From Phoronis australis (taxonomy: Eukaryota; Animalia; Phoronida), in contig NMRA01000746.1 of assembly GCA_002633005.1 (NCBI GenBank), positions 105,041-169,040 of the forward strand: a stretch of DNA of 64,000 bases. Direction: 5' to 3'. Numbering within the stretch: the stretch's first letter is position 1; every line of letters begins with the position of its first letter. Below are positions 25,201-39,455 of the stretch, piece after piece. A model generated the notes under the pieces. The model had not been told where the DNA came from and ran no database searches. It saw only the letters and a program-made list of their open reading frames with translations. Both the position numbers and the translations under genes were made by a program.

Positions 25201-27651
25201 GGATTACTTGGACTTTGCTGACAAGTGTGTCACTAGTGTGCCCCCAAACCGGTAAACAATAATCAATATGAGGCTAAATAATAAAATGGTAAAAGGTCTT
25301 AAGAGTACTGACATTAAGAAATTTGCTTAGACGTTTAAGTACACCGATTTTCTTTGATAATTTCTTTGTGATACAATCTATGTGCATATTAAATTTAAGA
25401 TTGGGATCTGAAATAAGGCCCAAGTACTTAAACATGTCAACATTCACGATGGGAGAGCCGTTGATAGAAAGGAATAGTTTTTGTTGTTTTAATTTCTGGT
25501 GGGTTCCAAACGGCATCGACTTGGTTTACTAACGTTAAGAGTGAGTTTATTTTGAACCAGCCAGTCATGAATAAGGGCTAGCTCATCGTTGAGAGAAGTT
25601 TCGAGTTCTTTTACTGATCCAGCTGTGGACATAATTGCAGTGTTGTCAGCATATAAAACTGGGACACTGTTGTGGAGGACAGTAGGGAGGCCGTTAACAA
25701 AATTAGTGAATAATAGGAGGTCCAAAATGGAACCCTGAGATACCCTCATGATTACGGTTGAGTAGTCAGAAAGTATACCACCGTATTTGGCGGCCTGTTT
25801 ACGGTCGTATAAGTAGTTTCTAAACCAAAGGAGTTCGTTATCATTAACTCCATAAGACTCTAGTTTCTGCAATAGGATACCATGGTCCACAGTGTCAAAG
25901 GCTTTCTTAAGGTCAACAAAGACAGCACCAGTAAGCCTCCCCTGATCCATATTATTAAAGATAAACTCAGAAGCATGAATGTTTATAGTAAGAGTGGAAT
26001 GCAAGGGGCGGAAACCAGACTGTGCTGCCGAGAGAAGGGAATTTTGTTCCAGGAAGTGGTGAAGCTGCTTTTGAACACACCTTTCAAGAATTTTGGACAT
26101 TGTAGGGAGGACCGATATTGGTCTATAATTTTCGCAACTTGACTTTTCACCATCTTTAAAAACAGGAGTAACAACTGCAATCTTCCATTCTCTAGGAATT
26201 TTGGCCGTTTTTAAACTTAAATTCATGATATTGGTAAGGGGCTCAGTTATTTGTTGAGACGCCAGTTTTAATAGTTTGGCATCAATGCTATCGATGCCAC
26301 TGGCACTACTAGAGTTCAGAGTTTTTATTTGTTCTCGGACGTAGTAAACTTGAATATCTTGAAACTTAAATGATATTCCATCTTGTATCTTGGGCGGGAG
26401 CTCAATAGTTGACATACTGAAATTCTCAGCAAGTTTTTTGCCAATGCCAGTAGAAAGGTCATTAAATGCATTTGCTATTTTACTTTTGTCCGAAACAACA
26501 TCGTTTCCAATTAGAAGTTCATTTGCGACAGACTTGGACTTGTTAGGTAAAATTGATTTTATGATTTTCCAGGGTGTTTTCCCGTTAGATTTGTTTTCAT
26601 TAATAATTTGGTCGTAATACTCAGCCGTAGCCCGTTTAAGAGCATTCAATTTGTTTACCTTAGTTCTAGCTTTCTTAAAGATACCCCAGTCAGATGAATT
26701 TCGAGTACGCTGAGCTATTCGCTTCAGGTAATCTCTCTTGCGAGAGACAGCTGTGAGGTTATCATTATACAACTCGGTTGATTTGCCATTTAATTTCAAT
26801 TGGAATACGGGGGCATGATTATTAATTACTCCAATGAAACTTTACTTGAAAATCGTCCAAGCGGCATTGGGGTCAACAGCGGTGGTAACAGCGCCCCAAT
26901 CAATCGCCTGTAGATCTCTGAGAAAGTCTTCGTTATCGCAGGTGTGATATGAACGTTTGATTTAAGCTACCGGTATCAACATCTCATGTCTCTACTTAAG
27001 ATCCCTGGAATTGCTAATAACAAGTAGAAATTGTCGAGGCGCAAGGTATTTTTATGCCTGATGTTTCTCTGAAGTTCTTTGACAGATTTTCATGATATAT
27101 CACGTTCCTGTTTTTGGATGGATTGTATGTTTTTGCGCCATGTAGTGGCCATTGTTATGATACAAATAAATAACCTTAAAAGCACACCATTTGGAATGCA
27201 TTCGTGTGCTCATTTCAACGCTCTGCGTAGCTCTTGTTCTAAAGGCCATTGCTTTCTGAACCCCTTATTTTAAAAAAAATAAGCAAAAGCCAAGTATTCT
27301 TTCAAATCCACAACAAAGGCTAAGCTCTTGGCACTTTTTTGTGTGTCACATTCGTACCAAAGTAGCCTCTATTTACGAAGAAAAAGACACTTAAACTCAC
27401 CAGGTACGACACTGTCGTGTGAAAATTGTGCTTCGTCTTCCGAGCGTTCTCTCTGCGAGGCAGGATACATCACTGAGCTGCATTTTGTCTGTCTCTCTCT
27501 GTGGTTCTTGGCCATTTCTTCTGTAAGAAAGTGTATTATGCAACCAACCATGATTGCAATCTAAGGTCAAATTTTCATACAGCACTTGCTGCTGCCTAAC
27601 CATGTAAAATGTGGATTTTCTTAAAACGCATATTGTTTTGAGAAAATGCTA

Positions 27652-28288
27652 CCGTATTCGCCCTAATAAGCACCCAGGGCGCTTAGAAAAATTCATTTCG
27701 GAGGTGGGGGCTTATTGTAGCCTAAAGCGTTTGAAACCCGGTCTCCAAAACGAGTGAAATCGGAAGCCAGGATTCATCAAATTTACGCGGTGTGACGTAT
27801 CTGTAACCTCTGACAGACTTTCTACAAGATGCGGTGCATTGCTATCAAGTTTCGTTGTTAAATTACGATCGCTTTTCAGTAAACTGTGCTAAAATCCCAG
27901 GCCCAAAGCTTGCTGACTATTGTGTCGCTGCATCACGATAGTCAATAGGACTACTTGAATTGTTGAATAAAATTAATTTCGACACGACAAATTACCTGAA
28001 ATTCTCAAGTTTTCCAGATAGCGTCCCTAAGATTTTTTTAAGTTCCTGTGGAATTAGGATTAACCGCAGATTAGTCCAAATCTTAGCTAGATTGCACCCC
28101 GCAACACAAGAAAAATCTGGACGAACACACATGTTGTTGTAAAATGACGTTTGTTTTGAAGTTAGTCTGCAGGTGAGTGCCGAGTGAACGAGCGCGCATG
28201 TTTCATTAAAGTTCATTTGCCAGATTTAAGCAGGCCTTCATATATGTAGCACGCGCTTAGCTGGCCCCGTGCTTTTGACACTGGCCAC
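27652..28288 (+). mobile_element. Family A element, 3'-truncated (further fragment at 57870-58400)
   Basis: TA|ccgtattcgccctaataagcacccagggcgcttagaaaa left end; colinear with 40823 onward. Confidence 0.85.
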
Positions 28289-28289
28289 C

Positions 28290-29479
28290 CAAAGAATTAT
28301 GAGAAATGACCCAGTTTTCAACATAACAAAAATTTTCTAGTGCATAGATTCAAACGTATCCCTGAATTAAAACTCATGATATACGATTTTAGAGGAAAGC
28401 AATATAAGAAACTTTGTTAACTTGAGAATCTCACCCAAGCGACGCTATTTGCGCAGAAAGTGATATTTTCTTATCCCAAAGTCCATTCGGTACAGGCACA
28501 TAAAAATGTTGAACCATTACTATGAAAGTAGTTCTTTATCCTGACGTCGCCAATATTGTTATGTAGACAGTTAACCAGGCGATTTGATATAACACATATT
28601 TTGGTTGATGCTAATATTGGAATACTAACAAATAGGTCTGTGTAATATAATTAGAGAGTCTTTTACTACACAGAGTGGAGAGTTCAGATGAATCGTATAA
28701 GCAATCAACACATGGTTTTAATGTGTGGTCGGCACACCAGTACAGCAGACAATAGATCAACGCTAAGCTCTGCCCACGTGACAGCCATATTTGTTTTGGT
28801 CATCTGTTGTGCTTCACAACTTCGAAAAAATGATTGAAATTACGCTGTAAACAAACAGGTATGTCACATTTTCTAAACATGAAGTAAATATCAGCTTTAT
28901 TTCTAGTATCACGCATTCTGAACGAAATTTGATCTCAAGTGGCAATCGACCGTTTTACTTCAAAGCCGTTTTTCTTGGCTTGTGATTTCAGGGTAATGAC
29001 AAGATTCTCGGGCCTATTTTTCCGCAAAATGTGGGTCAATTTTTACGAAATTTTCAAATTTGAAATCCTCTAGGACTGAAGTAAAATCGCGTGCCAGGGT
29101 TTGTTGATACATGGACCAGATTTTTAGTTAGACAGAAAGTGACCAAATGACAAAAAGTGGCGTGCTTGCCCCAACTCACATGCAAAAATTGCCGCAAAAT
29201 CAAGATCATAATGATTTTGTACACATATTTGGTATTTACATGTAGAACATTGTGTAAGGAAACAGTTGATGATAATCCCTGTGCATTTTGAAAAAAAAAT
29301 CAAGGTAAAATTGGATTTTTTGAAAATTAACAAAATACGATTTTTTAAAAAATTGAACTACAGCAAAACTTTTTTTGATTTTTGTCGCTTTCGGGGTCAT
29401 GTCTAACTAGTTAAAACTCCCTTTTTAGTCATTTTAGTTAGGAACCTGGAGATTTGACCAGTGTATACACCTACCTTAA
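28290..29479. mobile_element. Possible Kolobok-like non-autonomous element
   Basis: Right end ...atacacctacc|TTAA; left end not found. A similar end style occurs at 2570-2585. Confidence 0.3.
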
Positions 29480-29845
29480 AACACTCATTAATGTGTGGGG
29501 AGAAAAGCTAGTTTGAAGCAAAGAAACTTTGCAATTTTCATTCCAATAGAAATAATGTAATACCATAGCACAAGCTTCCTGGTGAGGTCATTCACCAGAA
29601 ATTAGCACAATTCTTTGCCTTTCATAGTATGCAAGTTGATTGTTCCACAATAATACCAACAGTTGTGAATGACCTCTTGACCTGAGAAAGCAGTTCCGTG
29701 AAAGTCTAGTTATCTTCTGCTCAGCTGGACAGTAGGTTACTACACACAGTGCATTAGATTCGGAGTAATAGACGGCCAATAAAGTATGAACAAAACTGGC
29801 TGAATTTCTTCATAGTTTGCTGCAATATGTTTTTGAACTACTTAC

Positions 29846-29956
29846 CATCAGAGTCAGATATCATATCAATGTCATCTGCAATATTGTTGTCATTTCCACC
29901 TTCGCCGGAGATCATATCAATGTCATCTGCAATATTGTTATTATCACATGAAGCTT
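29846..29956 (-). CDS. Phase-1 symmetric exon, 111 bp: EASCDNNNIADDIDMISGEGGNDNNIADDIDMISDSD
   Basis: tttctttcag acceptor, G|gtaagt donor, open frame, internal tandem duplication. Confidence 0.7.
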
Positions 29957-30222
29957 CTGAAAGAAATAAAAATAATTATGTTCTATTCTGTGTGCCTGCC
30001 ACATCTTGTAAGTTAAAGTGCTTTTTAACATTATTGGGTGCTTATTTGGAAGTATAGTCCCATTGTCGTCGCCATCGTTTTACCAGTCCTACTCTTGACA
30101 AATAACAATTTTACTTAGTATAATGTGTTCAAAGTTTCGTCTATTCAGTGCCATATTGTGGTCTGTTTTGAGGAGCATTTGAAGTAAAGAAAATGTGAAA
30201 CATTCAATATCAGTTAACTTAC

Positions 30223-30360
30223 CTTCTCCAGCTTGGTCATATTCTGCTGGTGTGTCAGCATATGGCCATCTTCTAGGTGCATTGAGGTGTAATGTTCTGA
30301 GACGTTCTTGTTCATCATGAGGCCTTTCATCTTGACCAGGGAATGGCTGGGGACCAAGAT
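30223..30360 (-). CDS. Phase-1 symmetric exon, 138 bp: DLGPQPFPGQDERPHDEQERLRTLHLNAPRRWPYADTPAEYDQAGE
   Basis: gttttag acceptor, AG|gtaagt donor, open frame; peptide is homologous to part of the 39977-40338 exon. Confidence 0.7.
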
Positions 30361-32216
30361 CTAAAACCATTCGGTAAGTTCTCACTCAAAGTGTAATGAA
30401 GGGCTTTGGTTATACAAAGTTTTATCTGTTAGCCTAATCTTTGTAAACTGTATACCAGGGGTGTAAAAATGTTACACCCTTATATAACATCTGTAAAAAT
30501 GGAAGATGCAGTCATAGAAAGCACAGTAACTGCAGTAATTGCAGGTTCTGTCCTATGACTCATTTTAGAGAAATTAAGTAAGAGTTGTAGGTGATCATGA
30601 CTTTTTGGACACTCTGATTTTTGTGATTGCATGTAGCTGTTCTAAAATAAGACTTTTCAAGTTATATAGTTGAAAATATGATTTCCTATTGGATCCTAAA
30701 GATATTGGACCAAAATCTAATTGGATAATTAGATTTCCTATACAATCTTATAGGATCTCTATGGAAAACCTTAAGTTATTCAGGCACTTGCATGACAATG
30801 TCAAAACCCAAAAATTTTGGGTACTTGAGTTATGCATAGTAGTAATAAAAAAATTTATTTTTCTTTTTATACAAGTTCCTTTTTTTGTTTTTTCTTATCC
30901 CTTGGGGTCTAAACAGCCCCATATTATCTGTAAACCCCATGAAAATCCAGTCTTAAGCTGTGGATATGGTGTCCAGAGTTACTATCTTTAAAAAAAAGGA
31001 ATTTTGTTGCACTTAAAAGTTTAAAGAAACCAATTCATCTGCAAAACCCAGGAAAAATTGCGTCTTAAGTTGTGGATAAAGTGTACAGAAAGAATTTCTG
31101 TTGCACTTAAAAGTTTAAAGAAAGGTTGTTAATTAGTTAATTAATAACCCCAGGCATTTTTGCGTTTTAAGTTGCATCATTTTTATTTGAGTGATGATTT
31201 GCATGAAATAAACTTGTAACGGATGTTGCACTCGAAATTTAAGTTAAATGGATTTTGGATCCTCTTTTGGACCCCCCCTTTAGCCATTCTGGCGTTATCC
31301 TCTTCTGTCAGAAATGCTAAAAGCTGTTTACACTGCAAAAGTTGACACGGATCATCTGACAAGTTGTTCCAGCGCAAGTATGCGTGTAAACAGGACTGAA
31401 CTGGAGCACTGACACCGCGATGACAACTTTTGCCACCCATTTGTGAGGTAGAGCAATTTGCGCTAGAACATCTTGCTCTGTGTCAATTATGTGTCTAAAC
31501 ACGTAACTGGGACAAGGCGGAAAGGATCTCTACTGCGCTTGCGTAATGACCTCAATACGGGTTCAACTCTCGTGATTTGTAAACATGCGCGTATGTGATA
31601 CACTGTACAGTGTGCAATTTCCTTCTTACCACAGTTAGTGAGTTGTGTGTGTAAACGGACGCTTGAGTCACCGATCAGTTTGCTCCATGTCAGTTGCGCC
31701 GGGCCAAAAGTTGATGTCTAAACGGGACTTAACACATTGTCAGGTGTATTTTGTCTCATGGACTGTTGTTTGAGCCACCTAAACTCAAATTTACCTGCAC
31801 ACCTCTGTAAAGGTTTAGTTATTTGATGTCGCTGAGGGATTTTAGTGTTGTAGTGAATACAGTGTTCAACTTGACAAGCCGATCAAGGTCATCAAACCAT
31901 GACTCAGAATCTCTGCCATGCCTACTGAAACTAGCACAACTGATCCAGGCCTAATTTTGGCAGGAGTTATATGACAGCACGAAATAATTGAAGCATTGAA
32001 TATTTTTTGTAACCACCTGTCACAAATCAGGCACTCTTTGAGGGTGTGTTTACTGTATAATATGAATCAGTTGCAAGTACACGGGCATGGCAGTGCCTAA
32101 TAGGATACTTGATCATTGCCTAGATTTTTTCTATTGATACAGCTAATATTTGCCTTGTAAACACGGAAATAGGCAGCAACAATGAATGGCATGGTAGTTT
32201 TAGCTTATCAAAATAC

Positions 32217-32259
32217 CGTTTTCATATGCTTGGGTGTAGTCTGTCCATTCCTCTGCCAT
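32217..32259 (-). CDS. Candidate first coding exon MAEEWTDYTQAYEN (phase-1 donor)
   Basis: Acceptor tttacag at 32267, aacaacATGG start context, G|gtattt donor in phase 1. Confidence 0.35.
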
Positions 32260-33389
32260 GTTGTTCCTGTAAATTGTTCGTGTGTCAGTGCAGTAGTCTC
32301 GACGATATATTCAACCGCTACTTAAACGTAACTTGACCACCAGTGTGTAAAGAACCGGAAACTGTGCTCCGATGAACGATACAATACGAACATATAAACA
32401 GTACCGTAAGTAAATTACGACATTCACTTATTCATAAAATACTTGGAATATCTATTATATTTGATTTCAGAGAACAGATTTAAAACTTTTAATTTGAAAA
32501 AAGTTGAGTTTGTATTGAGGTTTTGTTGCCAAAGCACTGAATTATAGTGCATGTCTGAATATCACGACAATTCTTACTACGATAAACATAGGCAGGAACA
32601 CACTAGGCCTTGGGGCCTTATTAGACCGCACAGAGACTTCTGTGGCTGCATTTTTGTTGTGATGCTATATATTGTATTAGTAAAAATTATTGATATCATG
32701 AAATTTGACTTTAGATTTGGCTAACATTGAATACTATAACTAATTATTGAGAAATAGTAAAATGTCCTTAAGCGCCTATACTGCTAGTAATATTTCCTTG
32801 TGTTACATTAAGTCATAAAAAATCACTGTTCATTGAAATAAGCGTTTAAATACACAGCATTTCTGAATTGTTGAGCGTCGCACGGATCAAGATACTCTAT
32901 TTTGCTTGTAGATTTGTAGTTCCTTTTCAAGTCTGAATCTACAGCTTTAAAATATAACATTTTGCTTGGTAAACTGGGCACTTTTATTTTAACGTAGTTA
33001 AGGTGAACTTAAAAATGGTGGCAAATCAGTCTACCCATCATGCACATTTGCAGATGTGTTCTGACTGACATTGGTTTTCGTATGAGTGCAACAACTGTCA
33101 GTGCCCCCATGTGTCTGTGGCATTTTTTGCATCTGCAACTGTATCTCCTTAGTCCGGTACAGGATTTTGCTTAAAGTTGACAAGAGTGTGCCCATTGACT
33201 GATGAATGGACCCACTTTCCGCTCTACCTGCTAGAAGATTGCAATTTTTTACTTTTGCCTCAATATCTTTTGAGTTGCTCCACAGATTTCCATGAAATAT
33301 GGCAAATACTTTTTGTTTAGGGAGACAACAATGTCTTCCACTTTTTTGACAGGTTAGGCGTATTCTGCACCATATAATGTCCATTTTAA

Positions 33390-36300
33390 TTATATCGTTT
33401 GGAATAACGTCCATGCTCAGTTAACCGCCCATGCCCTACTTTAGGTTGATTTTCGATTTAACCGCCCATAGCTCGGTTAACCGCCCATCTGCGATTTTTG
33501 AAGATTTCCAGTTATGCGCCCACCTCTCGGTTATTTAGCGCCAATCCCCGACTTTTAAAGAATGAAGATTTAGCGCCCAGTGCTACGCAAACGCGCGATT
33601 CCCCGACTTTTAGATCGATGATCACAACTAGAGTGCAACGAGGGCCTCTGAGCAGGTGGTTTGGCAATGTGAATTATAATACAAGTAACGAATTCTTGTC
33701 TCGGGTCATGGCTTTACTTCAAAATATACTTGAACGTTTTTTCACTTTATTTTCTTCCCATGTTCGCAAAGTTTAAGAACCCTGCCGGCTTCAATGCCTC
33801 CGCTTTTAGCGACGCGGTCTGCCGCGCTGAGTTTCAGTCTGCAGTGCGCAACATAAAACATATATTCGAAAAAAATCGGGCCAGAGAAATATGACGGTGA
33901 TTTTGCCAACCCTTCCAATTCGCTTTTGGTAGGAAGCTCTCGTATTTTGAAGAATTTCCATAACTCGCAGAAAGATGTCAAATTCTCCCTATTTTGATGA
34001 GTGTAATTGCCAGGTTATCGAGGATGTGAAGCGACCAAACGGACAGTGTACATCGCTGGCCAATTTGCTGTCTCTCAATTTCTGGATTCAAAGGTTGGCA
34101 ATACGTTACTGGATGTTTGTGTATCATCTTGAAGAAATAAAAAACTGCAAGTCAAATTTTGTTTTTCGCTTATTTCATCTCAGACAAGTTGGCGTTAGCA
34201 CTCAGCCGAAGTCACTGGCAGTTCTTCTTGTGACAGGCGTAACTGTGAATTATCATATCCACCTAGCATTTTAGCTTCCCAAATATTTTTGTTTCTACAT
34301 TGGGCAGTTTCAGCCTGAACAAAATTCTTACCATTCGAGTCTGAGACATCTACGACGTAACTGATTGAAAATTGGCAACAGTGGTAATGACGGGCATGGA
34401 ACATCGGGTCCAGGGATCATTGAGCCAGGAAATAATGGAACACACTTGACATCGTAGTTTTGGGTCATTGGAACGGAGGAATATCGTAAAACACTGTTTT
34501 TTTGTAACAACAGCTTAGAAGTACAGTCGCGCCGGTGTACTCCTTTACGTAGGGCTGTCGCTGTTCTCTTGTGATGTGCGATCTCTGAAGTGGTGCTCGC
34601 GTGTAAATTCCCACACTCTGGAGTGCATGTTACCTTGACAACAACATATGTGATTGACAGGTGACTCATACGTACGCGAGTGATGAATCAAGCTGCTGTC
34701 TTTTGTCACATAAAACAAGACACATATTGAAAGAGGCTGTTAAATTACTTGACGGCATTTCCAAGTCTAGTGACGGCATATTGCGCGCAAACAACGGGAC
34801 CGACCAGTGCCGCAGTGCGATACTGTCGTAGGTGATATTATATTAGGATAATCTACATATTGCGTGTAAAATAAATGTTTTTCAAGTAGCTTTATGTTTG
34901 CCAGGTAGGCCTATCTATTTTACCCCCCCAAAAAAAGGCTCGCCTAGGTTGGAATTTCCCGATGGCAGGTACAAGACCTCCATAATCTCGGCTCGCACTT
35001 CCAAATTTCAGGTCACCAATGCGACCTGCTGTTCGTTATGCCGAGCGCGGAGTCTCGGTTGCAAAACACTGACTCGGAAAGGACGCGTTGCTGGTTGAAG
35101 CTCTTAGCTAATTTAGTCGTATAGCCGCGCAAACCACGGATGCCGGTTACTCGAAGAATTGGGCTATATCTACGAATTGTTTTTTACTGACTCAAATACG
35201 TGTACCAACTAGTAATTTTTCCTCGGACTTTACTGTATGTGCTCACTAGACTCATCCCCAGTCATAGTGTTAGTAATTTTAAAATAAAATCTTAAGCAAA
35301 TGCTATTTATGATCCACATATGTCCCGAATAATAGATAAATGATACGTGCATCGCAAGCTCGTTACCAGAGATGAAAAGGAGACCGAGGTAGGCGATATA
35401 AGGTAATTTATTATGACTAGTAAAATTACAATAAAATGAATACAGGTAGTGTATAATAGGTAATCTCTGGTAAGATGAGCAATAAAAAGCGCCGGCCACG
35501 TGGAAGTACGAGAGAATGACACTGGGAGGAAGAGGGTGGGAAAATTGAATGAGTTTTTGACGTACAACAATGTGGCCAGAACAAAGTGAACTGAAAGCGA
35601 GGTTACAATAACATAGAAAAAACGCCCTTAAAGACACGTGACAATCATCAGCCTATAAGAGCCAAAAGCTGACCTAACTCGAGGCACGTGCTAACAACAG
35701 ACCAATGCGAAGGCTGGAAAAACGGCGTGTAGTCCTACACGAGGGAATAATGGAATAGACCAAGATGAGGGGGAAAAGGAGTAAGGCGGGTCCATATGCT
35801 CACATAAATATATTTAATGAGTGAAATATCATTTTCGAGTAATACCTTTGCGGTAACTTTTGACTGACGACTGGCTCATGTCTGCTTTACCCCAGATTCT
35901 CATCTTCTTTGCGTGGCATGTTTCACGCAATTGGATGTGGGCAACGCCGGGCAGTCACAGAGTCTAATCTAATCTAATTCTAATCTCCAACATAAACATC
36001 CCAAACACAAAAAAAACACCTGAATTTGTTTTTCAAACTTTTATTACATCATTAATTTTAAAACTGGTCTTTGACAGCTAGCACCACATGATAAATTTGA
36101 TGTCTGCAGTGACCTCTGCAACACGTGAAGCTCGCACGCTCGCACTTCTGAAGTGTCATCGCGTGAGAATTAATTGCAATCCAACTTATTGTTACTTGTC
36201 ATCTGCGCACTACAGCTCTAGTAAGATCACAGGACAGCACAGGGCTATTACTCACCAATTTTGAAAATTTAATTGTGATTGACTAATCTGTGGGCAACAG

Positions 36301-36539
36301 AACATTTCTTGGGATCGTCCACTGTTATGACATTTGGTGACTTGACGACAAAGCTCTTTAAAAAGTTCTATGCGTTCCGAGTACTTGTGTCGTGTGGTAC
36401 TCTGATCATGAGGTAAGATTTAAACGCCCAGGGCGCTTGTCTGTCGTAATAAGCGCCCATGTCTGGTTAACCGCCCACCCCCGATTTTTTGGGTTTGCCA
36501 ATTTAACCGCCCAGGGCATTAACCCGAATTTTTACAGTA
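33390..36539. mobile_element. Family B copy 2, with an unrelated ~0.9 kb insert (34930-35850)
   Basis: Colinear with 14191-18355; right end gggcattaacccgaatttttacagTA. Confidence 0.8.
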
Positions 36540-36689
36540 CTTATTAACAGCCCTAGAAGCTCGCTGTTTGCAGTGCAGTGGAGGGTGCATTTCAACATTT
36601 TACATTGCTTTTTATGCGCTTTACACATATAAACTTCGTTAAAGACATGACTAAACTTTTTGTTAGTGGGCTTGCGTTCGTAATTTCGG

Positions 36690-37630
36690 AACTGTCTCCA
36701 TCTGAATTTTCTACATCAGTTTACCACAAGCCTACTGATAAAGGTTTCTGTTTCCATGCCAAAAGTAAGTGCCCTGAGCGGTATAAGGTCGCCGTTGTGG
36801 TCAACTTCCTAAAGAGGGCGTATTCGGTGTCGCCCATCTGGCTATTGTTTAATCAAGAGGTAGTTCGCATAAGACAAACACTGGTTAATAATGGGTACAC
36901 TTATAACGCTTTTGTAGACTTCCATGTTAAGCAATTCGTGTCAAGAATTAGCTGATTATAGTCCCTGCACGTCTGACCATGCACTGACCAAATGGATATT
37001 TTACAAAAATGTCATGTGTAATTATTACCTCCAGGACGAACACGCCATTAAGAAAATTATTAGGGATAATGTTAAAGTTTGTAAGACTGATGATTACCTC
37101 AATGTTATGAACAACATTTCTAAAGCGAAAGTCCGGCCGTTGCACAGTGTAGTGTTGTTCATGAGTTTGCCCTATGAACGAATGTCTTCGTTCAAACGTT
37201 AAACAATGTTACATTGGTCAAACGGTTTGAGGTCTTTTCCGTCGGTTATCTATGCATCTTCAAAATGGCGCCATCCAAGATCTGTTTCTGCAATGTCACG
37301 AACGTAAAATCACCCATCAAGAAATTGTGGAAAACACGTCAATTTGATACGTGGAGCACAAGGTGCTGCGTTTGAAAGTATTGGAGTCCTTTTTAATTGC
37401 ATTTGAGAAGCCTGTTTTTAATGAGCTGCAAACAGAGAGTCGTGCCGCACGTTACATTTGTTTGCTTGACTTTCCTGTTACCCCCCTTCATTAGTCATTC
37501 TTTGCAATATTTCACACCCGTTGTGTCCCACTGTGTGTGTCATCAGCTTATGCTTTGTGGTGGCATTACTGCATCATTTTACCTTCATTTGAGAATAAAA
37601 CAAGGATGTTTCGAAATATCGTGTGCCTTT
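36690..37630 (+). mobile_element. Penelope-like element fragment (RT thumb + GIY-YIG), degenerate
   Basis: TSVYHKPT...CPERYK...RAY...EVVRIRQTLVNNGY, then frameshifted YIGQT...RRLSMHLQNGAI...IVENT. Confidence 0.85.
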
Positions 37631-39066
37631 TAGTTATGTCGCTAGGTCAGTTATTTTATCTTTGTTCAGTTGAGAGTAGAGTTTTGTTCCGCTAGGTATG
37701 AACATAACGGAATAAAGACTGTCAAAAATGAAAAATGTTGTGTGTTTAATGAAATTTATTATTAAGAAGGATTCTATAAAACCCAAATAGTTTAGTGTTG
37801 CCATTCGGTAATTTCTAAGTTATTTCATTGATTTGCTTAGTACCTTGCATTTCTTTTTGAGTGGCATGGCAAATCCTTAGTGCTGAATATCAAAGGGGAG
37901 ATTTTTGTCATATAACCAATTTAAAAGTTTTCCCAAATGTGGTTTCCGATCAAAATTAAAAACCAGGATCTGTTAACACTGTCAATTGACTGGTTATAAA
38001 AGTTTTACTTTAGCCTAGTTATCACTGAGTGGAGTTACGGTCACTGAAGTTTCAGTCTTCGGCGGTCATGTTCAATCTTCAGCAGTCCTGTTTTATGGAA
38101 GGGTGGTCATGTTTTAGGTGCATTGGTCCCATTTTCTGTTGCAGCTCTCCCATTTGATCCCTGTAGTAATTGTCCTGTTTTGTGGTGTGTTGGTCCAATT
38201 TGGAGGACCGACTGTCATGTTGTTTCTCACCTTTGTGTAAACGAATTACTCATGGGATGGTAGTGCGACAAATTGCCATATGTAATGAACTATTAGGCTT
38301 ATTGGCTGGCTTTTGTCTACATCACTTAATCTTAGTTCAAACAGCTGCAAACAACACACGCGTGCAGCGGTGTTCCATTCACAGACTTACAAGCATTCCT
38401 ACTTTGCTTACTTTTTTGGCCTGTTTATACTTTTCCTACTTTTTTCTGAAGTTCCTAATATTTCCTGCTTTTTTGCCTAAAACTGCTTGAAAGTCTTCAT
38501 TCAGATCCCCACTCCTGTCAACCTTTTGATGTTTGTGCTGGGATCTTGCGATGGTGCAATAAAGCACCAAAAGGTTACCTCACCTATCGTTCAATGGGCC
38601 TACATTTGAGTCATTATATTTCTTATTTTGCTAAGGCTTTTCTAGGACAATCTCAGTTAGCCCAATACATCTAAAATAACAAAATTCATTCAAGTTAGAC
38701 TTAGAACCTTCAGCAGAAGATATCTGTGTCTGTTTTACTGTCACGGTGTAGGGCTGGTAATGTAACAGGTCTTCGCTTAATAAATACCCATTAGGGTTCA
38801 GCAACTGCAAGTCATTGAATGGTAGAGTGTGTTTATTGTAGAAAACTGATTGACAGAAGTTGCAGTCCATAGGAAACAAGAAAAATACATCAAAATACTA
38901 AAAAGGTCAATTTTGAAAAAAAACAAGTTGTAGCAAAAGGTTGCATATCAACTGCAATATATATCCCACAAATTACACATAGCAGTTTAGAAGAAAAGTT
39001 AGTAGAAAATTTTTGGAATGTTTTGAGGTAAGATTATCGATTAATCCCAGTCCCGAATCCCCCTTT

Positions 39067-39455
39067 CAACCAACTCCCTCCCACTCCCAACCAACTCCCT
39101 CCCACTCCCAACCAACTCCCTCCCACTCCCAACCAACTCCCTCCCACTCCCAACCAACTCCCTCCCACTCCCAACCAACTCCCTCCCACTCCCAACCAAC
39201 TCCCTCCCACTCCCAACCAACTCCCTCCCACTCCCAACCAACTCCCTCCCACTCCCAACCAACTCCCTCCCACTCCCAACCAACTCCCTCCCACTCCCAA
39301 CCAACTCCCTCCCACTCCCAACCAACTCCCTCCCACTCCCAACCAACTCCCTCCCACTCCCAACCAACTCCCTCCCACTCCCAACCAACTCCCTCCCACT
39401 CCCAACCAACTCCCTCCCACTCCCAACCAACTCCCTCCCACTCCCAACCAACTCC
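39067..39455. repeat. 21-bp minisatellite (CAACCAACTCCCTCCCACTCC) x18.5, degenerate units to about 39800
   Basis: Perfect tandem units; count taken from 18 QPTPSHS repeats in the ORF track. Confidence 0.98.

Larger units (their letters stand above)
23279..26965 (-). mobile_element. 5'-truncated LINE of the CR1 group (L2/Crack/Daphne-like), degenerate RT, interrupted by a DNA element
   Basis: ORF 25489-26799 has NYRPIS, QSGFR, FVDLKKAFDTVDH, V.QGSIL and YADN (mutated YADD). It continues frameshifted to QNRAARAI and LAPPYL...WNSL and ends in a (TAAA)n tail. Confidence 0.95.

Noticed and set aside
33498-34400. Transposase remnant inside family B
   Set aside because: No frame is conserved between the two copies and no DDE or HTH motif is recognisable.
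37575-37625. Hammerhead ribozyme at the Penelope 3' end
   Set aside because: CGAAA half present but the CTGANGA core is not intact.
38030-38560. Exon-like stretches (also 20480-20655, 31795-31925, 60070-60690)
   Set aside because: In-frame stops and ambiguous phase; may be dead exons but cannot be supported as CDS.
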